Below are positions 29,259-39,192 of a stretch of 64,000 nucleotides of DNA, piece after piece. Source of the stretch: an uncultured Prevotellaceae bacterium (GTDB taxonomy: Bacteria > Bacteroidota > Bacteroidia > Bacteroidales > UBA932); assembly GCA_947166905.1 (NCBI GenBank), contig CAMVFZ010000010.1, positions 1,905-65,904 on the forward strand. Reading direction: 5' to 3'. Position 1 is the first letter of the stretch. Each line of letters opens with the position of its first letter. The notes beneath the pieces were generated by a model. That model had not been told where the DNA came from and did not search any database. It saw nothing but the letters and a program-made list of their open reading frames with translations. A program made the position numbers and the translations under genes.

Positions 29259-30105
29259 ATTTAACGTTGGGGTCGCGACGCCACCAAGTGAGTTGGCGTT
29301 TGGCATAGTGACGGGTGTTGGTCTTGATTTTTTCCGCCGCCTGCTCAAGAGTGCAGACACCATCCAGGTATTCAAAAACCTCTGCATAACCAACAGTCCT
29401 AAGAGCCGGCAGATCCCTGTAAGGAATAAGCCCGCGAACCTCTTCCACAAGACCATCCTTAATCATCTGATCGACCCTAAGAGAAATACGCTCCGCCATC
29501 ACCTCACGCGGACGAACCAGACAAATTTTCTCAATCTCAAAATCCCTCTTCTTAGGCTCCGACTGCTTGAAAGAAGAAAAGGTCCTGCCAGAAAGCAAGC
29601 AAACCTCAACAGCCCTTAGAACGCGCTGAGGATTGGTAATATCTATGGTCCTGTACGCCTCCGGATCAAGCCTGCGAAGATCCATCCTGAGTGACTCCAG
29701 GCCCTCTTTTTCAAGACGCTCCGTAAGCTCTCTGCGAAGCTGAGCATCGGCCTTAGGCACATCGGGCAAGCCGCTGCAAAGAGCTTCTACAAAGAAACCG
29801 GAGCCGCCACTTGCCACCAGGACCTCGTGACCATCGGCAAAAAGCCTTTCCATAAGCGCAAGCGCCTCAACCTCATAGTCACCGGCCGTATAAGGCTGAT
29901 GAATACTGTGGTCCTGTATAAAGTAATGCTTCACGGCGGCCAGCTCCTCCGGAGAAGGGACGGCGGTGCCAATCGACAACTCCTTATAGATTTGCCGTGA
30001 ATCGCAGGATATAATCGGGGAATCGTATTTTTGTGCAAGGCCGATGCTCCAGGCAGTTTTGCCCACAGCCGTTGGTCCGGAGACTATTATCAGTTTGCGG
30101 CCCAT
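29230..30105 (-). CDS. miaA: tRNA dimethylallyltransferase
   Basis: 'LIIVSGPTAVGKTAWSI', 'IISCDSRQIYKELSIGTA', 'HYAKRQLTWWR'. Convergent 29-nt overlap with recQ. Confidence 0.9.
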   Translation of the reverse strand: MGRKLIIVSGPTAVGKTAWSIGLAQKYDSPIISCDSRQIYKELSIGTAVPSPEELAAVKHYFIQDHSIHQPYTAGDYEVEALALMERLFADGHEVLVASGGSGFFVEALCSGLPDVPKADAQLRRELTERLEKEGLESLRMDLRRLDPEAYRTIDITNPQRVLRAVEVCLLSGRTFSSFKQSEPKKRDFEIEKICLVRPREVMAERISLRVDQMIKDGLVEEVRGLIPYRDLPALRTVGYAEVFEYLDGVCTLEQAAEKIKTNTRHYAKRQLTWWRRDPNVKFNWLPHKGI

Positions 30106-30120
30106 GCTTTTTGCGGGAGG

Positions 30121-30687
30121 CTAGAGTGCGCCCTCGTCTTCGTCGTACAGCTCCTCTCCGTCTTCGTCCTTCTCTTCCTCTTCCTCTTCAAGATCTTCGT
30201 CGTCATCGTCAAAATCCTCATCGTCGTCCGATGCAGCCTTGAGATTGCGAAGGTGCTTCTGATCGTCCGGAAGGTCTTCGTAGGCAACGTAACCGTTCTC
30301 AAATTCTGCCGGAACAGGGCCCTTGGTCTCTACAAGGATGGGATAGATTGCGCCGGGAACGTCCGGAACCTCGCCTTCGCAGGTGATGATTACGCTCTTA
30401 CGGTTTGCAACGTCGTAGAAATATATGAAAGAGGCGATGCCCTTGGCTACGGTCTGCTTTACGGTGACCTCGTCCACTGCGCCTGCGCCCAGGTCGAAAA
30501 GGCCATAGCGGGCTACCAGGCCGCCATCGGCGTCAAGTGCCTTGAACTGGATGAGCTGGTCCTGAGGGAACTCAAGCTCACTGCGGAGAAGCTTGTGAAA
30601 CTCGTATAAAGTAGTGGTCGCTTTGAGGTCGTACACACGGGCGAATCCCTTGAGTCCGGCCAGGGAGACTCTGTATCTTAATGCCAT
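30121..30687 (-). CDS. MM3350/pRiA4b-ORF3-like domain protein with polyacidic C-terminal tail
   Basis: The N-terminus 'RYRVSLAGLKGFARVYDLKATTTLYEFHKLLRSELEF' resembles the pRiA4b ORF-3-like fold signature. The tail is 'DDDEDFDDDDEDLEEEEEEKDEDGEELYDEDEG'. Confidence 0.4.
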   Translation of the reverse strand: MALRYRVSLAGLKGFARVYDLKATTTLYEFHKLLRSELEFPQDQLIQFKALDADGGLVARYGLFDLGAGAVDEVTVKQTVAKGIASFIYFYDVANRKSVIITCEGEVPDVPGAIYPILVETKGPVPAEFENGYVAYEDLPDDQKHLRNLKAASDDDEDFDDDDEDLEEEEEEKDEDGEELYDEDEGAL

Positions 30688-30759
30688 TTTTATTCTCTAA
30701 TTGTTTACGCCAGCAAATATACAATTTTTACTCTTACGGTGATGTAAAAAAATGCATCT

Positions 30760-31638
30760 TTACTTTGACCCCAGATACAGGAACACCATGCCCAAAAGTA
30801 CAAGGACAAGGTCCAAAGCCTTGGCTTTCAGATTCTTTTCCTTAAATGCGATAGCGCCAAAGAGGAAGCTTACGACTACGCTTCCGCGACGGATCATCGA
30901 CACCACTGAAATCATGGCATCCTGATCAGTAAGAGCCCACATATAGACGAAATCGGCCGCGCAAAGGAAAATACTGATAAATGGAATGGTCCAATGCCAG
31001 CGGAAGGGGGTTGTTACGGCCCGGCGGGGATACCAAACCAGCATCAGCACTACGGCCATCATGGCGGCCTGGTAAATATTGTACCAGGAAAGTACCTGCA
31101 TGCGGTCCAGCCCTACTCCGCCACTGGCTGCCGGGGCCATAAGATACCTGTCGTAAAGTCCGCTGCACGCCCCTATCACTGCCGACAGCACCAGGCACCA
31201 AATCCATCTGTTATGCTTGAAGTCGATGCCTTCTTTGCGGCCGCTGCGACTAAGAAGGAAGAAGGAAATAATGGCCAGCGAAACGCCTATCCACTGATAA
31301 AGGTTCAGTCGTTCGCCAAAGATTAGCATAGCGCCGATCAGCACCATTACGGGCCTTGTGGCATTGATTGGCCCGACTATGGTAAGGGGCAAATATTTCA
31401 TTGCGTAATATCCTGCTATCCAAGACGATAGCACGATGGCGCTCTTTATCATTATATGCTTTTGGATATACCAGTTGCCCCACCCGGACTGTATTGCGAA
31501 CGGCAGTAATATCAAGGCGCAGAATACGGTATTGAGCAGCAGTACCGGGATTACGGCATTGCCCTTGAGTGAAGCCTTTTTAAAGGAGTCGTAGAAACCC
31601 AGAAAAGCAGCCGACAGAAACGCCAATGCCCACCACAT
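30760..31638 (-). CDS. EamA/DMT-superfamily transporter
   Basis: 292 aa with about ten hydrophobic helices in two similar halves. Confidence 0.7.
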   Translation of the reverse strand: MWWALAFLSAAFLGFYDSFKKASLKGNAVIPVLLLNTVFCALILLPFAIQSGWGNWYIQKHIMIKSAIVLSSWIAGYYAMKYLPLTIVGPINATRPVMVLIGAMLIFGERLNLYQWIGVSLAIISFFLLSRSGRKEGIDFKHNRWIWCLVLSAVIGACSGLYDRYLMAPAASGGVGLDRMQVLSWYNIYQAAMMAVVLMLVWYPRRAVTTPFRWHWTIPFISIFLCAADFVYMWALTDQDAMISVVSMIRRGSVVVSFLFGAIAFKEKNLKAKALDLVLVLLGMVFLYLGSK

Positions 31639-31641
31639 ACC

Positions 31642-32877
31642 CTATATGATATTAAGGAAGAATGATATCACGCCGGTGTTGATGAGGTCCACGAACATTG
31701 CCCCGACTATAGGGACGATGATGAATGGATTCACGGCGTAGTGATACTTGTAGCATACTGCGGACATGTTTGCCATGGCGTTTGGCGTGGCTCCCAGGCC
31801 GAATCCGCATATTCCGCTGACAAGTACGGCGGCGTCATAGTTTTTGCCAAGGGCAGGAAAGGCTATGAAGCGGGCGAATATGGCCATGAAGAGGGCCTGG
31901 GCGCAAAGGATGGCGACAAGCGGCAGCATCAGCCCGGAGAGTTCCCAGAGTTTTAGGGTGGCCATGGCCATTCCAAGGAAAAGGGAAAGGCAGATATTGC
32001 CAAGGAATATTATCTTGTCGATTGCCAGGCCAGATTGGTATTTTCCGCTGCAGAATTCGCTGAAGTTGCGAATGATAGCAGCCATTATAAGCGCGCCGAA
32101 GTAGGTTGGGAATGTTATTCCGGTAAGGGCCAGAACCTTGCTTAAGCACATACCCAGGGCCATTGCAAGGAAAAGCTGGAATGCGGCCAGGGAATAGCGC
32201 CTGAACATCCTTTCTTCATGTGTCAGATGCCCATCCTTGTTATCATGGGCGGCATCGCCGGATTCAATCGTAATTACGACATCCGATGATCCGGATTCTT
32301 CTGCGAGTTTGTGCTTGCGTACAAGGAATTCTGCGATTGGGCCGCCGATAAGCGAACCGGCTACAAGGCCGAAGGTGGCGGCTGCCATCATTATGGACGG
32401 AGCTCCGGTCAGGCCCATGTCCTGAAGTATGGAGGAGAAGCCGCCGGCAGTGCCGTGGCCTCCTGCCATGGGGATGGAGCCGGTTGCCATTCCTACCAGG
32501 GGATCAAGGCCCATGCCCTTGGAGATTCCTACGGAGAGCAGGTTTTGCATTATTACGAGTAGCACCATAAGGCCTACAAGAACTGCCAGGGGCTTGCCGC
32601 CCTGCTTTAGTACTTTCAGGTTGGATTGATAGCCGACGGAGGTAAAGAAGAGCATCATGCAGATGTCTTTGATGGTGCCATCGAACAGTATATCCACCTT
32701 GAATACGGAGTGGAGGACCAGGGTCAGCAGGGAAACCGCAAGGCCTCCGGAAACTGGCGTAGGGATGCACAGGCGCTTAAGTAGCGGCGCTACCCGGGTA
32801 AAAAACATGCCCAGAAGCAGGGCCACAACGCCCACTCCCGCTGTCATGTACATATCCAAAGCAACCTGCTGTTCCAT
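31642..32877 (-). CDS. gltS: sodium/glutamate symporter
   Basis: 411 aa polytopic protein. The N-terminus 'LDMYMTAGVGVVALLLGMFFTRVAPLLKRLCIPTPVSGGL' is typical of GltS. Confidence 0.8.
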   Translation of the reverse strand: MEQQVALDMYMTAGVGVVALLLGMFFTRVAPLLKRLCIPTPVSGGLAVSLLTLVLHSVFKVDILFDGTIKDICMMLFFTSVGYQSNLKVLKQGGKPLAVLVGLMVLLVIMQNLLSVGISKGMGLDPLVGMATGSIPMAGGHGTAGGFSSILQDMGLTGAPSIMMAAATFGLVAGSLIGGPIAEFLVRKHKLAEESGSSDVVITIESGDAAHDNKDGHLTHEERMFRRYSLAAFQLFLAMALGMCLSKVLALTGITFPTYFGALIMAAIIRNFSEFCSGKYQSGLAIDKIIFLGNICLSLFLGMAMATLKLWELSGLMLPLVAILCAQALFMAIFARFIAFPALGKNYDAAVLVSGICGFGLGATPNAMANMSAVCYKYHYAVNPFIIVPIVGAMFVDLINTGVISFFLNII

Positions 32878-33054
32878 TTACTCTTATTCCTAGCAAAAAT
32901 ACAGAAAATTCCTCACCCTACCAAATCCAGCCAAAGGCATTTGGCTACCCGCTCATTCGCCGTCTCAAAATCTATCGCTGCGAAGTCTTTCATAGCTGCA
33001 AAGATAAGGATTCCTCTTTGAAATCTCCGGCGGAAGTGCTATATTTGTTAGTCT

Positions 33055-33651
33055 ATGAGTGATCCGGATAAATACAAGAGCATTGCAGGGCTGTCGCAGG
33101 GCCTGTTTAAGGACAATGGCAGCCGATTCATAGCTTTTGCATACCCGGTAGAAAGCGTAGAAGAGGTGAAGCCGCTGGTAGACGCCCTGAAGAAAGAATA
33201 CCATGACGCCCGCCATCACTGCTTCGCCTATAGGATAGGCCATAAGGCCGATGTCTTCCGCGCCAATGACGACGGTGAGCCGTCCGGCAGCGCCGGCCGC
33301 CCTATCCTTGGCCAGATTGACTCCGCCGGCCTGAGCGACATCCTGGTAGTGGTCGTACGTTACTTCGGCGGCATCAAACTTGGAATACCCGGGCTGATAC
33401 GAGCCTACAAAACCGCCACGTCGGATGCGTTGGCATCGGCCACAATCATTGAAAAAACAGCCTGCAAGCGCTTTGAACTGGAGTTTGACTATTTGTCCAT
33501 GAATTCCGTGATGAAGGTTCTCAAAGATATGGGCTTACCACAAGAGAACCAGGAGTTTGGAGAAAAATGCAGCATCGGCACAAGGGTGCCTCTGTCGCAA
33601 ATTGAAACTTTTTTGGATAAAATGAACAATATCGGCGTAAAATGTTGTTAA
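33055..33651 (+). CDS. yigZ: YigZ / IMPACT family protein
   Basis: 'KGSRFIAFAYPVESVEEVK...KEYHDARHHCFAYR...DDGEPSGSAGRPIL' is typical of UPF0029/IMPACT. Confidence 0.8.
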   Translation: MSDPDKYKSIAGLSQGLFKDNGSRFIAFAYPVESVEEVKPLVDALKKEYHDARHHCFAYRIGHKADVFRANDDGEPSGSAGRPILGQIDSAGLSDILVVVVRYFGGIKLGIPGLIRAYKTATSDALASATIIEKTACKRFELEFDYLSMNSVMKVLKDMGLPQENQEFGEKCSIGTRVPLSQIETFLDKMNNIGVKCC

Positions 33652-33729
33652 ATGATTGAAAATTATCTAACTTCGTCGCAATATTTGAAAAAATTATAAC
33701 AAAAATATAAATTTTACTTAAAATCTGAT

Positions 33730-34803
33730 ATGGGAAAAGTTCACGTATTCAATGCAGGCCCCTGCGTACTTCCCCAGGAGGCCATTGACAAGACCATCGA
33801 AGCCCTGAAAGACTTCAAGGGCACCGGTATTTCCGTTCTCTCCATCTCTCACAGAACCAAAGAGTGGGAAGAGACCATGAACGAGTGCCGCGCACTTTGG
33901 AAAGAGCTCCTCAACATTCCTGACACCCACGAGGTAGTATTCCTTGGCGGTGGTGCATCCCTTCAGTTCCTTTATGTAGCAATGAACTTCCTTGAGAAGA
34001 AGGCCGCTTACCTTGACACCGGCGTTTGGGCACACAAGGCCCTCCAGCAGGCTCAGGGCATCGGCGACGCATACGCAATCGCTTGCTCAAAGGACAAGAA
34101 CTACACCTATATCCCCAAGGGATACGAGATTCCTACAGATCTTGACTACTTCCACATCACTACCAACAACACAATTTATGGTACTGAGATCAAGGAAGAC
34201 TATGACTGCCCCGTTCCGCTCATCGCCGATATGTCCTCTGACATCATGTCACGCCCTGTAGACGTAAGCAAGTATGCCATGATTTACGGTGGAGCACAGA
34301 AGAACGTAGGCCCTGCCGGCGTTATCTTCGCCATCATCCGCAAAGATGCCCTTGGAAAGGTCAGCCGCTACATCCCTACCATGCTCGACTACAAGACTCA
34401 TATTGAGAAAGAGAGCATGTTCAACACACCTCCTGTGTTCGCAATCTATGTAATGACTGAGACCCTCCGCTGGCTCAAGAGCATCGGCGGCGTTAAGGCA
34501 ATACAGAAGCTCAACGAAGAGAAAGCAGCCCTCCTTTACAACGAGATCGACCGCAACAGCATGTTCGTAGGCACCGCAGCCAAGGAAGACCGCTCACTCA
34601 TGAACGTATGCTTTGTTATGGCTCCCGGCAAGGAAGACCTTCAGGACGAGTTCTTTGCTTTTGCAAAGGCTCAGGGCATGGTCGGCATCAAGGGCCACCG
34701 CAGCGTAGGCGGCTTCCGCGCTTCCCTTTACAATGCTTGCAAGAAAGAGGACGTAGAGGCTTTGGTTGCCTGCATGCAGGAGTTTGAGAAACTTCATAAA
34801 TAA
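33730..34803 (+). CDS. serC: 3-phosphoserine/phosphohydroxythreonine aminotransferase
   Basis: '[13 protein letters not shown]', 'SISHRTKEW', 'GGASLQF', '[10 protein letters not shown]', '[16 protein letters not shown]'. Confidence 0.95.
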   Translation: MGKVHVFNAGPCVLPQEAIDKTIEALKDFKGTGISVLSISHRTKEWEETMNECRALWKELLNIPDTHEVVFLGGGASLQFLYVAMNFLEKKAAYLDTGVWAHKALQQAQGIGDAYAIACSKDKNYTYIPKGYEIPTDLDYFHITTNNTIYGTEIKEDYDCPVPLIADMSSDIMSRPVDVSKYAMIYGGAQKNVGPAGVIFAIIRKDALGKVSRYIPTMLDYKTHIEKESMFNTPPVFAIYVMTETLRWLKSIGGVKAIQKLNEEKAALLYNEIDRNSMFVGTAAKEDRSLMNVCFVMAPGKEDLQDEFFAFAKAQGMVGIKGHRSVGGFRASLYNACKKEDVEALVACMQEFEKLHK

Positions 34804-34808
34804 TTAAT

Positions 34809-35729
34809 ATGAAAGTACTTATCGCAACCCAGAAGCCTTTTTCCGCAGCAGCTGTGGAAGGCATAAAGAATATCATTACTTCCAACGGTCATGCAGTTGC
34901 AGTCCTTGAGAAGTATCCGGAGCAGAAGGACCTTGTAGCTGCAGTAGCAGACGTAGACGCCCTTATCATCCGCTCCGACAAAGTTACCGCAGAAGTCCTT
35001 GAGGCAGCAAAGAACCTCAAGATTGTGGTTCGCGCAGGCGCAGGCTTCGACAACGTAGACCTTGAGGCAGCCACCGCCCACCACGTTGTGGTAATGAACA
35101 CTCCCGGACAGAACTCAAACGCAGTAGCAGAACTTGCCCTTGGCCTGATGATTTACATGGCCCGCACCAACTTCACCCCTGCTACCGGTTCTGAGCTCCA
35201 GGGCAAACGCCTTGGCGTACAGGCTTACGGTAACGTAGGCCGCCTTGTAGGCCAGAAGGCAAAGGCCCTTGGCATGAACATCACCGCGCTTGACCCGTTC
35301 CTGACAGACGAGCAGATCGTCGCCGGCGGCGCAGAGCCCGTGCATTCAGTAGAAGAGCTCTATTCAGCATCGGACTATCTTTCAATCCACATCCCCGCCC
35401 TTCCTGCAACCATTAAGAGCATCAACTACAATCTTATCACCAAGATGCCCAAGGGTGCAACCCTGGTTAACACCGCCCGCAAGGAAGTTATTGACGAGGA
35501 AGGCCTTATGAAGGCCCTGGAAGAACGTCCGGACCTCAAGTACGTAACCGATGTTATGCCGGACAACTACGAGGCTCTTCGTGAGAAATTCGGACTTCGC
35601 GTATTTGCAACGCCCAAGAAGATGGGTGCTCAGACTGCAGAGGCCAACATGAACGCCGGCCTTGCAGCAGCCCGCCAGATTTGCGATTACTTCGCAACCG
35701 GCAACACACGCTTCCAGGTTAACAAATAG
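34809..35729 (+). CDS. serA: D-3-phosphoglycerate dehydrogenase (short form, 2-hydroxyacid dehydrogenase family)
   Basis: NAD fold 'LGVQAYGNVGRLVG', 'RAGAGFDNVD', 'SIHIPA'. It lies immediately downstream of serC. Confidence 0.85.
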   Translation: MKVLIATQKPFSAAAVEGIKNIITSNGHAVAVLEKYPEQKDLVAAVADVDALIIRSDKVTAEVLEAAKNLKIVVRAGAGFDNVDLEAATAHHVVVMNTPGQNSNAVAELALGLMIYMARTNFTPATGSELQGKRLGVQAYGNVGRLVGQKAKALGMNITALDPFLTDEQIVAGGAEPVHSVEELYSASDYLSIHIPALPATIKSINYNLITKMPKGATLVNTARKEVIDEEGLMKALEERPDLKYVTDVMPDNYEALREKFGLRVFATPKKMGAQTAEANMNAGLAAARQICDYFATGNTRFQVNK

Positions 35730-35747
35730 GAAACGACTTAATACATC

Positions 35748-35781
35748 AAAAAAAACTGCAGTTTTAAGCTGCAGTTTTTTT
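35748..35781. terminator. bidirectional hairpin terminator between serA and the ABC-2 permease gene
   Basis: 'aaaaaaaactgcag' / loop 'ttttaag' / 'ctgcagttttttt'. The perfect stem is flanked by an A-run and a T-run and overlaps the stop codon of the minus-strand gene. Confidence 0.55.
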
Positions 35782-36963
35782 AATGTGTCTATTCTCCAGA
35801 TAAACCGCCAGACAGGCCGTAATGAAATAGAAGACCGTCTGTATTGCAAGGCCCACCATCTGGGTTTCGGCGGCGGAAAGGTCTCCGCCGGCAGAACTCA
35901 TATTGACGTAAGCCTGGCAGCCGAAGGTTGTGGGGAAGATATAAGAGAACAGCTTCCAGAAGGGCGGGAATGCACTGGTCGGCCATGAGGTTCCGGTAAG
36001 GAACAGGCAGATCGGGGACAGGAAGAGGAAGAGCACGAACACCGTCTCTCTCTTGTTGATTAGCGCACTCCACGTCATTCCAAAGTAAATGCAGTCCGTC
36101 ACGAACAAAAGCAACAGCATCAGCACATCAAAGAAATCGCCCCTGAGCGGCATGCCGAATATGGCCGGCACAATATAAGCGATGTACATTCCGATGCCCA
36201 TATAAATAAGCCAGTATGCCCATCCGCGGCCGACAACGGTCCGCATCACTCCATTGGTATACATATAGTCGGGCAGGTTGGCGAAGCTGCGCTTCTGCTC
36301 TCGCAGTGTTCCGGCAAGCAAGGTCATTCCATAGAACATCGTCTGCTGAATGATTACCAACAGTATCGCCGCAAGAAGGAAGATGCTGTAAGAGAAGGAC
36401 GCATTATACGGATTGTTTTCTTCGTAAGGAATAGCCTGGACAAGCGACATGGCGTCCTGCTCAGAGTACCCGTCCGCAGCATAACGCTCCTTCTGGATGG
36501 TATTCATCTCGCTGAGCATAACGCGGTTGGCCGCAATCAGGGAATTCTTGTAGTACAGGAAACTGCTCATATCGCAGTAAAGGCTGAGCGTAGCCGTTTT
36601 CCTATGGGCCAGCTTATCCCCGAAGTCGGACGGGAAGTAAACTATACCATTAACCTTGCGCTCCTCCATCAGGGAACGGGCCTCCTGCATATCGGTGCAC
36701 TTGTATGCCACCTGGACCTCGCGCGTGGCATCCATCTCACGGATGTAGCGACGGCTGACGGAACAATCGGCCTTGTCTACTACGGCGATTGGGGTATCCT
36801 CCAGTATTCCGTTCAGATATACGACATTGTATAGCAGCGGATAAACAAGACCCGCCACAAAGAAAATAAGCAATACACCTCCATCCTTGAAGATGAGCTT
36901 GAGCTCGCGGACGCCCAATTCCAAAACGTCCTGACACCAGTCTCTGAATAAATGAATTTTCAT
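35764..36963 (-). CDS. ABC-2 type transporter permease
   Basis: 399 aa with an N-terminal TM, a large extracytoplasmic loop and a C-terminal 5-TM bundle. It is paralogous in layout to the next gene. Confidence 0.72.
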   Translation of the reverse strand: MKIHLFRDWCQDVLELGVRELKLIFKDGGVLLIFFVAGLVYPLLYNVVYLNGILEDTPIAVVDKADCSVSRRYIREMDATREVQVAYKCTDMQEARSLMEERKVNGIVYFPSDFGDKLAHRKTATLSLYCDMSSFLYYKNSLIAANRVMLSEMNTIQKERYAADGYSEQDAMSLVQAIPYEENNPYNASFSYSIFLLAAILLVIIQQTMFYGMTLLAGTLREQKRSFANLPDYMYTNGVMRTVVGRGWAYWLIYMGIGMYIAYIVPAIFGMPLRGDFFDVLMLLLLFVTDCIYFGMTWSALINKRETVFVLFLFLSPICLFLTGTSWPTSAFPPFWKLFSYIFPTTFGCQAYVNMSSAGGDLSAAETQMVGLAIQTVFYFITACLAVYLENRHIKKTAA

Positions 36964-36968
36964 AGCAG

Positions 36969-38138
36969 CTAGTCTTTAGGATAGTTCTGGTAAATAAAAG
37001 CCCTCTTCAGGCGGATAAGCAAAGGAAGCGGAAGGAAGACGAACGCCAGAAGGTGCAGAGCCTCCTGCCACCAGCCGGCGAACCCGGTTCCAAGCACTAC
37101 TTCCTGCGAATAAATAAGGAAATAATGCCGTAGCGGGAAGGCCTGGGCCAGGCCGCGGATTGCCGGATGCATCGCCTCTACCGGCAGGGTGAAACCGGCA
37201 AAAGATATGGCCAGCACGCTGTACAGCGCACCTATGCTAAGTGCAAGTCGCGGAACAGGAAGGCAGCTGATAATGAATATGCCCACGCCCTCGCTTGCCA
37301 GCACCAGCAGCAGCACGGCGGGAATCATATTCCATATACTGCCCGCCAGCGGGAAGTGCGCCCATCCATACAAAACCAGGATCAGCGATATACCCAGCGT
37401 TCCAAATAGCATTGTATAAACGGCCGTCTTTCCAAGCAGGACATTGACTATAGAGCCGCCCGCCATACGCAAACGCTTACGGGACGAGCCATACTTAAGT
37501 TCTCCTCCAAGGGAATAAATCAGCAGTATGACAATAGTCATCTCCAGTATGCCCGGGAGCATCATATTGCTGATGTAGTAGTTATAGCTTGTATACGCGT
37601 TTCCTATCTGGTGGGTATCGATCTCCAACGGCCTGATGCGGCCCATAATCTCATTCTCGTTGACGCCCTTTAGCCGGAGTATCTTGCGCTGAGCGGCTCC
37701 GTTGGCCATATTTATCATAAGCAGGATATCCTTGTAGGCCAGTGACCCGCCAAGGAAGTACATCCCGTTAAGATAATAGGTAAAGGTAGGCCGACGGAAC
37801 GATCCGACATCGGAATACAAACCCTTGGGGATGACGCAAATGGAAGTTATCTCTCCCCTCTGCATGGCCAGACGGGCCTCCTGGAAGGTGTCGAACCGGA
37901 TGGTTTTGCCAAGTTGGGTTGCATCGATATTGCGGATGAACATCCTTGAGACAGAAGAATTGTCGTTGTCCACCACGCCGATGGGCACATCGTGCGGAAG
38001 GCCGGAGCCAAAGAAGGTCAGAAAGAACACCGCGCAGAAGGACAGTACTCCCAGCGAGCCCAGGATGTACACGGGACGACGCCCGTGCAACCGGAGTTCG
38101 CGCTTGATTACCGCGCCGATATTTTTCCAGGAACCCAT
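36969..38138 (-). CDS. ABC-2 type transporter permease
   Basis: 389 aa with the same topology as 35764..36963. The start overlaps the HlyD stop. Confidence 0.72.
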   Translation of the reverse strand: MGSWKNIGAVIKRELRLHGRRPVYILGSLGVLSFCAVFFLTFFGSGLPHDVPIGVVDNDNSSVSRMFIRNIDATQLGKTIRFDTFQEARLAMQRGEITSICVIPKGLYSDVGSFRRPTFTYYLNGMYFLGGSLAYKDILLMINMANGAAQRKILRLKGVNENEIMGRIRPLEIDTHQIGNAYTSYNYYISNMMLPGILEMTIVILLIYSLGGELKYGSSRKRLRMAGGSIVNVLLGKTAVYTMLFGTLGISLILVLYGWAHFPLAGSIWNMIPAVLLLVLASEGVGIFIISCLPVPRLALSIGALYSVLAISFAGFTLPVEAMHPAIRGLAQAFPLRHYFLIYSQEVVLGTGFAGWWQEALHLLAFVFLPLPLLIRLKRAFIYQNYPKD

Positions 38139-39151
38139 TATTTCACTTCTTTAAGTATTGCTGACATTCCGGGACGAAGACCCTTCACAGCCTCTGTAGG
38201 AACGGCGCGGACCTCGAAGGTCTTGGCGTCATACATAGCGGTTTCCTTGGTAGCCTTCCAGGTTGCATAAGACTCCAGAACGGCGATATAGCTGATTGTG
38301 GCGGGGATTTCTGCGCCATCAAGGGCAGGGATGGAAACTGTAATCTGAGTACCCTGGTCCATTCCGTGAAGGTAGTCCTCACGCACGTTGAAGGTGAACC
38401 ATACGTCACTCAAATCCATTATGGTCATAATAGGTGAACCTGTTCCAACAAGCTCTCCGGTCTTGGGGAATACCTCTGTAACGATACCCTCGGCAGGAGA
38501 AGTAAGATAAAGCTCACCAAGATAGCCCTCAACCTCCTGGAGTGCGCCGTTAGCCCTGTCTACAAGGGCCTCGGCGGCAGCCTTGTCCTCTTCGCGGGCA
38601 CCGGCCAGGGCCATATCATACTGGCTCTTGGCTGCATTTGCCTGAGCGACGGCGGCATCGTAGCGGGCCTTGGTCTCGTCGAACTTCTGGGCAGAAATAA
38701 CCTTCTGGTCATAAAGCCTCTGGACACGCTCGAAGCTCTTGCGCATCACCTCTTCCTGAACCAGGGCCTGCTGCCAGAGTTCGTAAGCGCCGGTAATCTG
38801 CTCCTGACGTGCACCATGCTGAGCCTTGGCGCTCTGGGCCCTTGCCGCAGCAACGGCGCCGCGAGCCTGAGCAAGCTTGGCGCGCACTTCCGGAGAATCT
38901 ATGTTAACCACGGTGTCACCCTTGTGAACTGTCTGTCCCTCACGGACATAAAGCTCCTCTATACGTCCGGGGACCTTACCGGAAACACGGTACTCGTTGG
39001 CCTCTACCTCTCCCTGGATAACCAGGGCCTTGGGCCTTGAAACTATATAACCTATGATTGCAATGACAAAAATGACGGCAATTAGTATAATGATGCCAAC
39101 AGCCAGATTACCCTGGGTCTTTTTGTTTGTCAAATCGATTTTCTGTGCCAT
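38138..39151 (-). CDS. HlyD-family membrane fusion (periplasmic adaptor) protein
   Basis: N-terminal TM, a lipoyl-like 'VSGKVPGRIEELYVREGQTVHKGDTVVNIDS', a long Ala-rich coiled coil, and a beta-barrel C-terminus. Confidence 0.85.
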   Translation of the reverse strand: MAQKIDLTNKKTQGNLAVGIIILIAVIFVIAIIGYIVSRPKALVIQGEVEANEYRVSGKVPGRIEELYVREGQTVHKGDTVVNIDSPEVRAKLAQARGAVAAARAQSAKAQHGARQEQITGAYELWQQALVQEEVMRKSFERVQRLYDQKVISAQKFDETKARYDAAVAQANAAKSQYDMALAGAREEDKAAAEALVDRANGALQEVEGYLGELYLTSPAEGIVTEVFPKTGELVGTGSPIMTIMDLSDVWFTFNVREDYLHGMDQGTQITVSIPALDGAEIPATISYIAVLESYATWKATKETAMYDAKTFEVRAVPTEAVKGLRPGMSAILKEVK

Positions 39152-39192
39152 ATCTTAATTTTCTTATTATCAATTATTTATCCAAGCCGATA

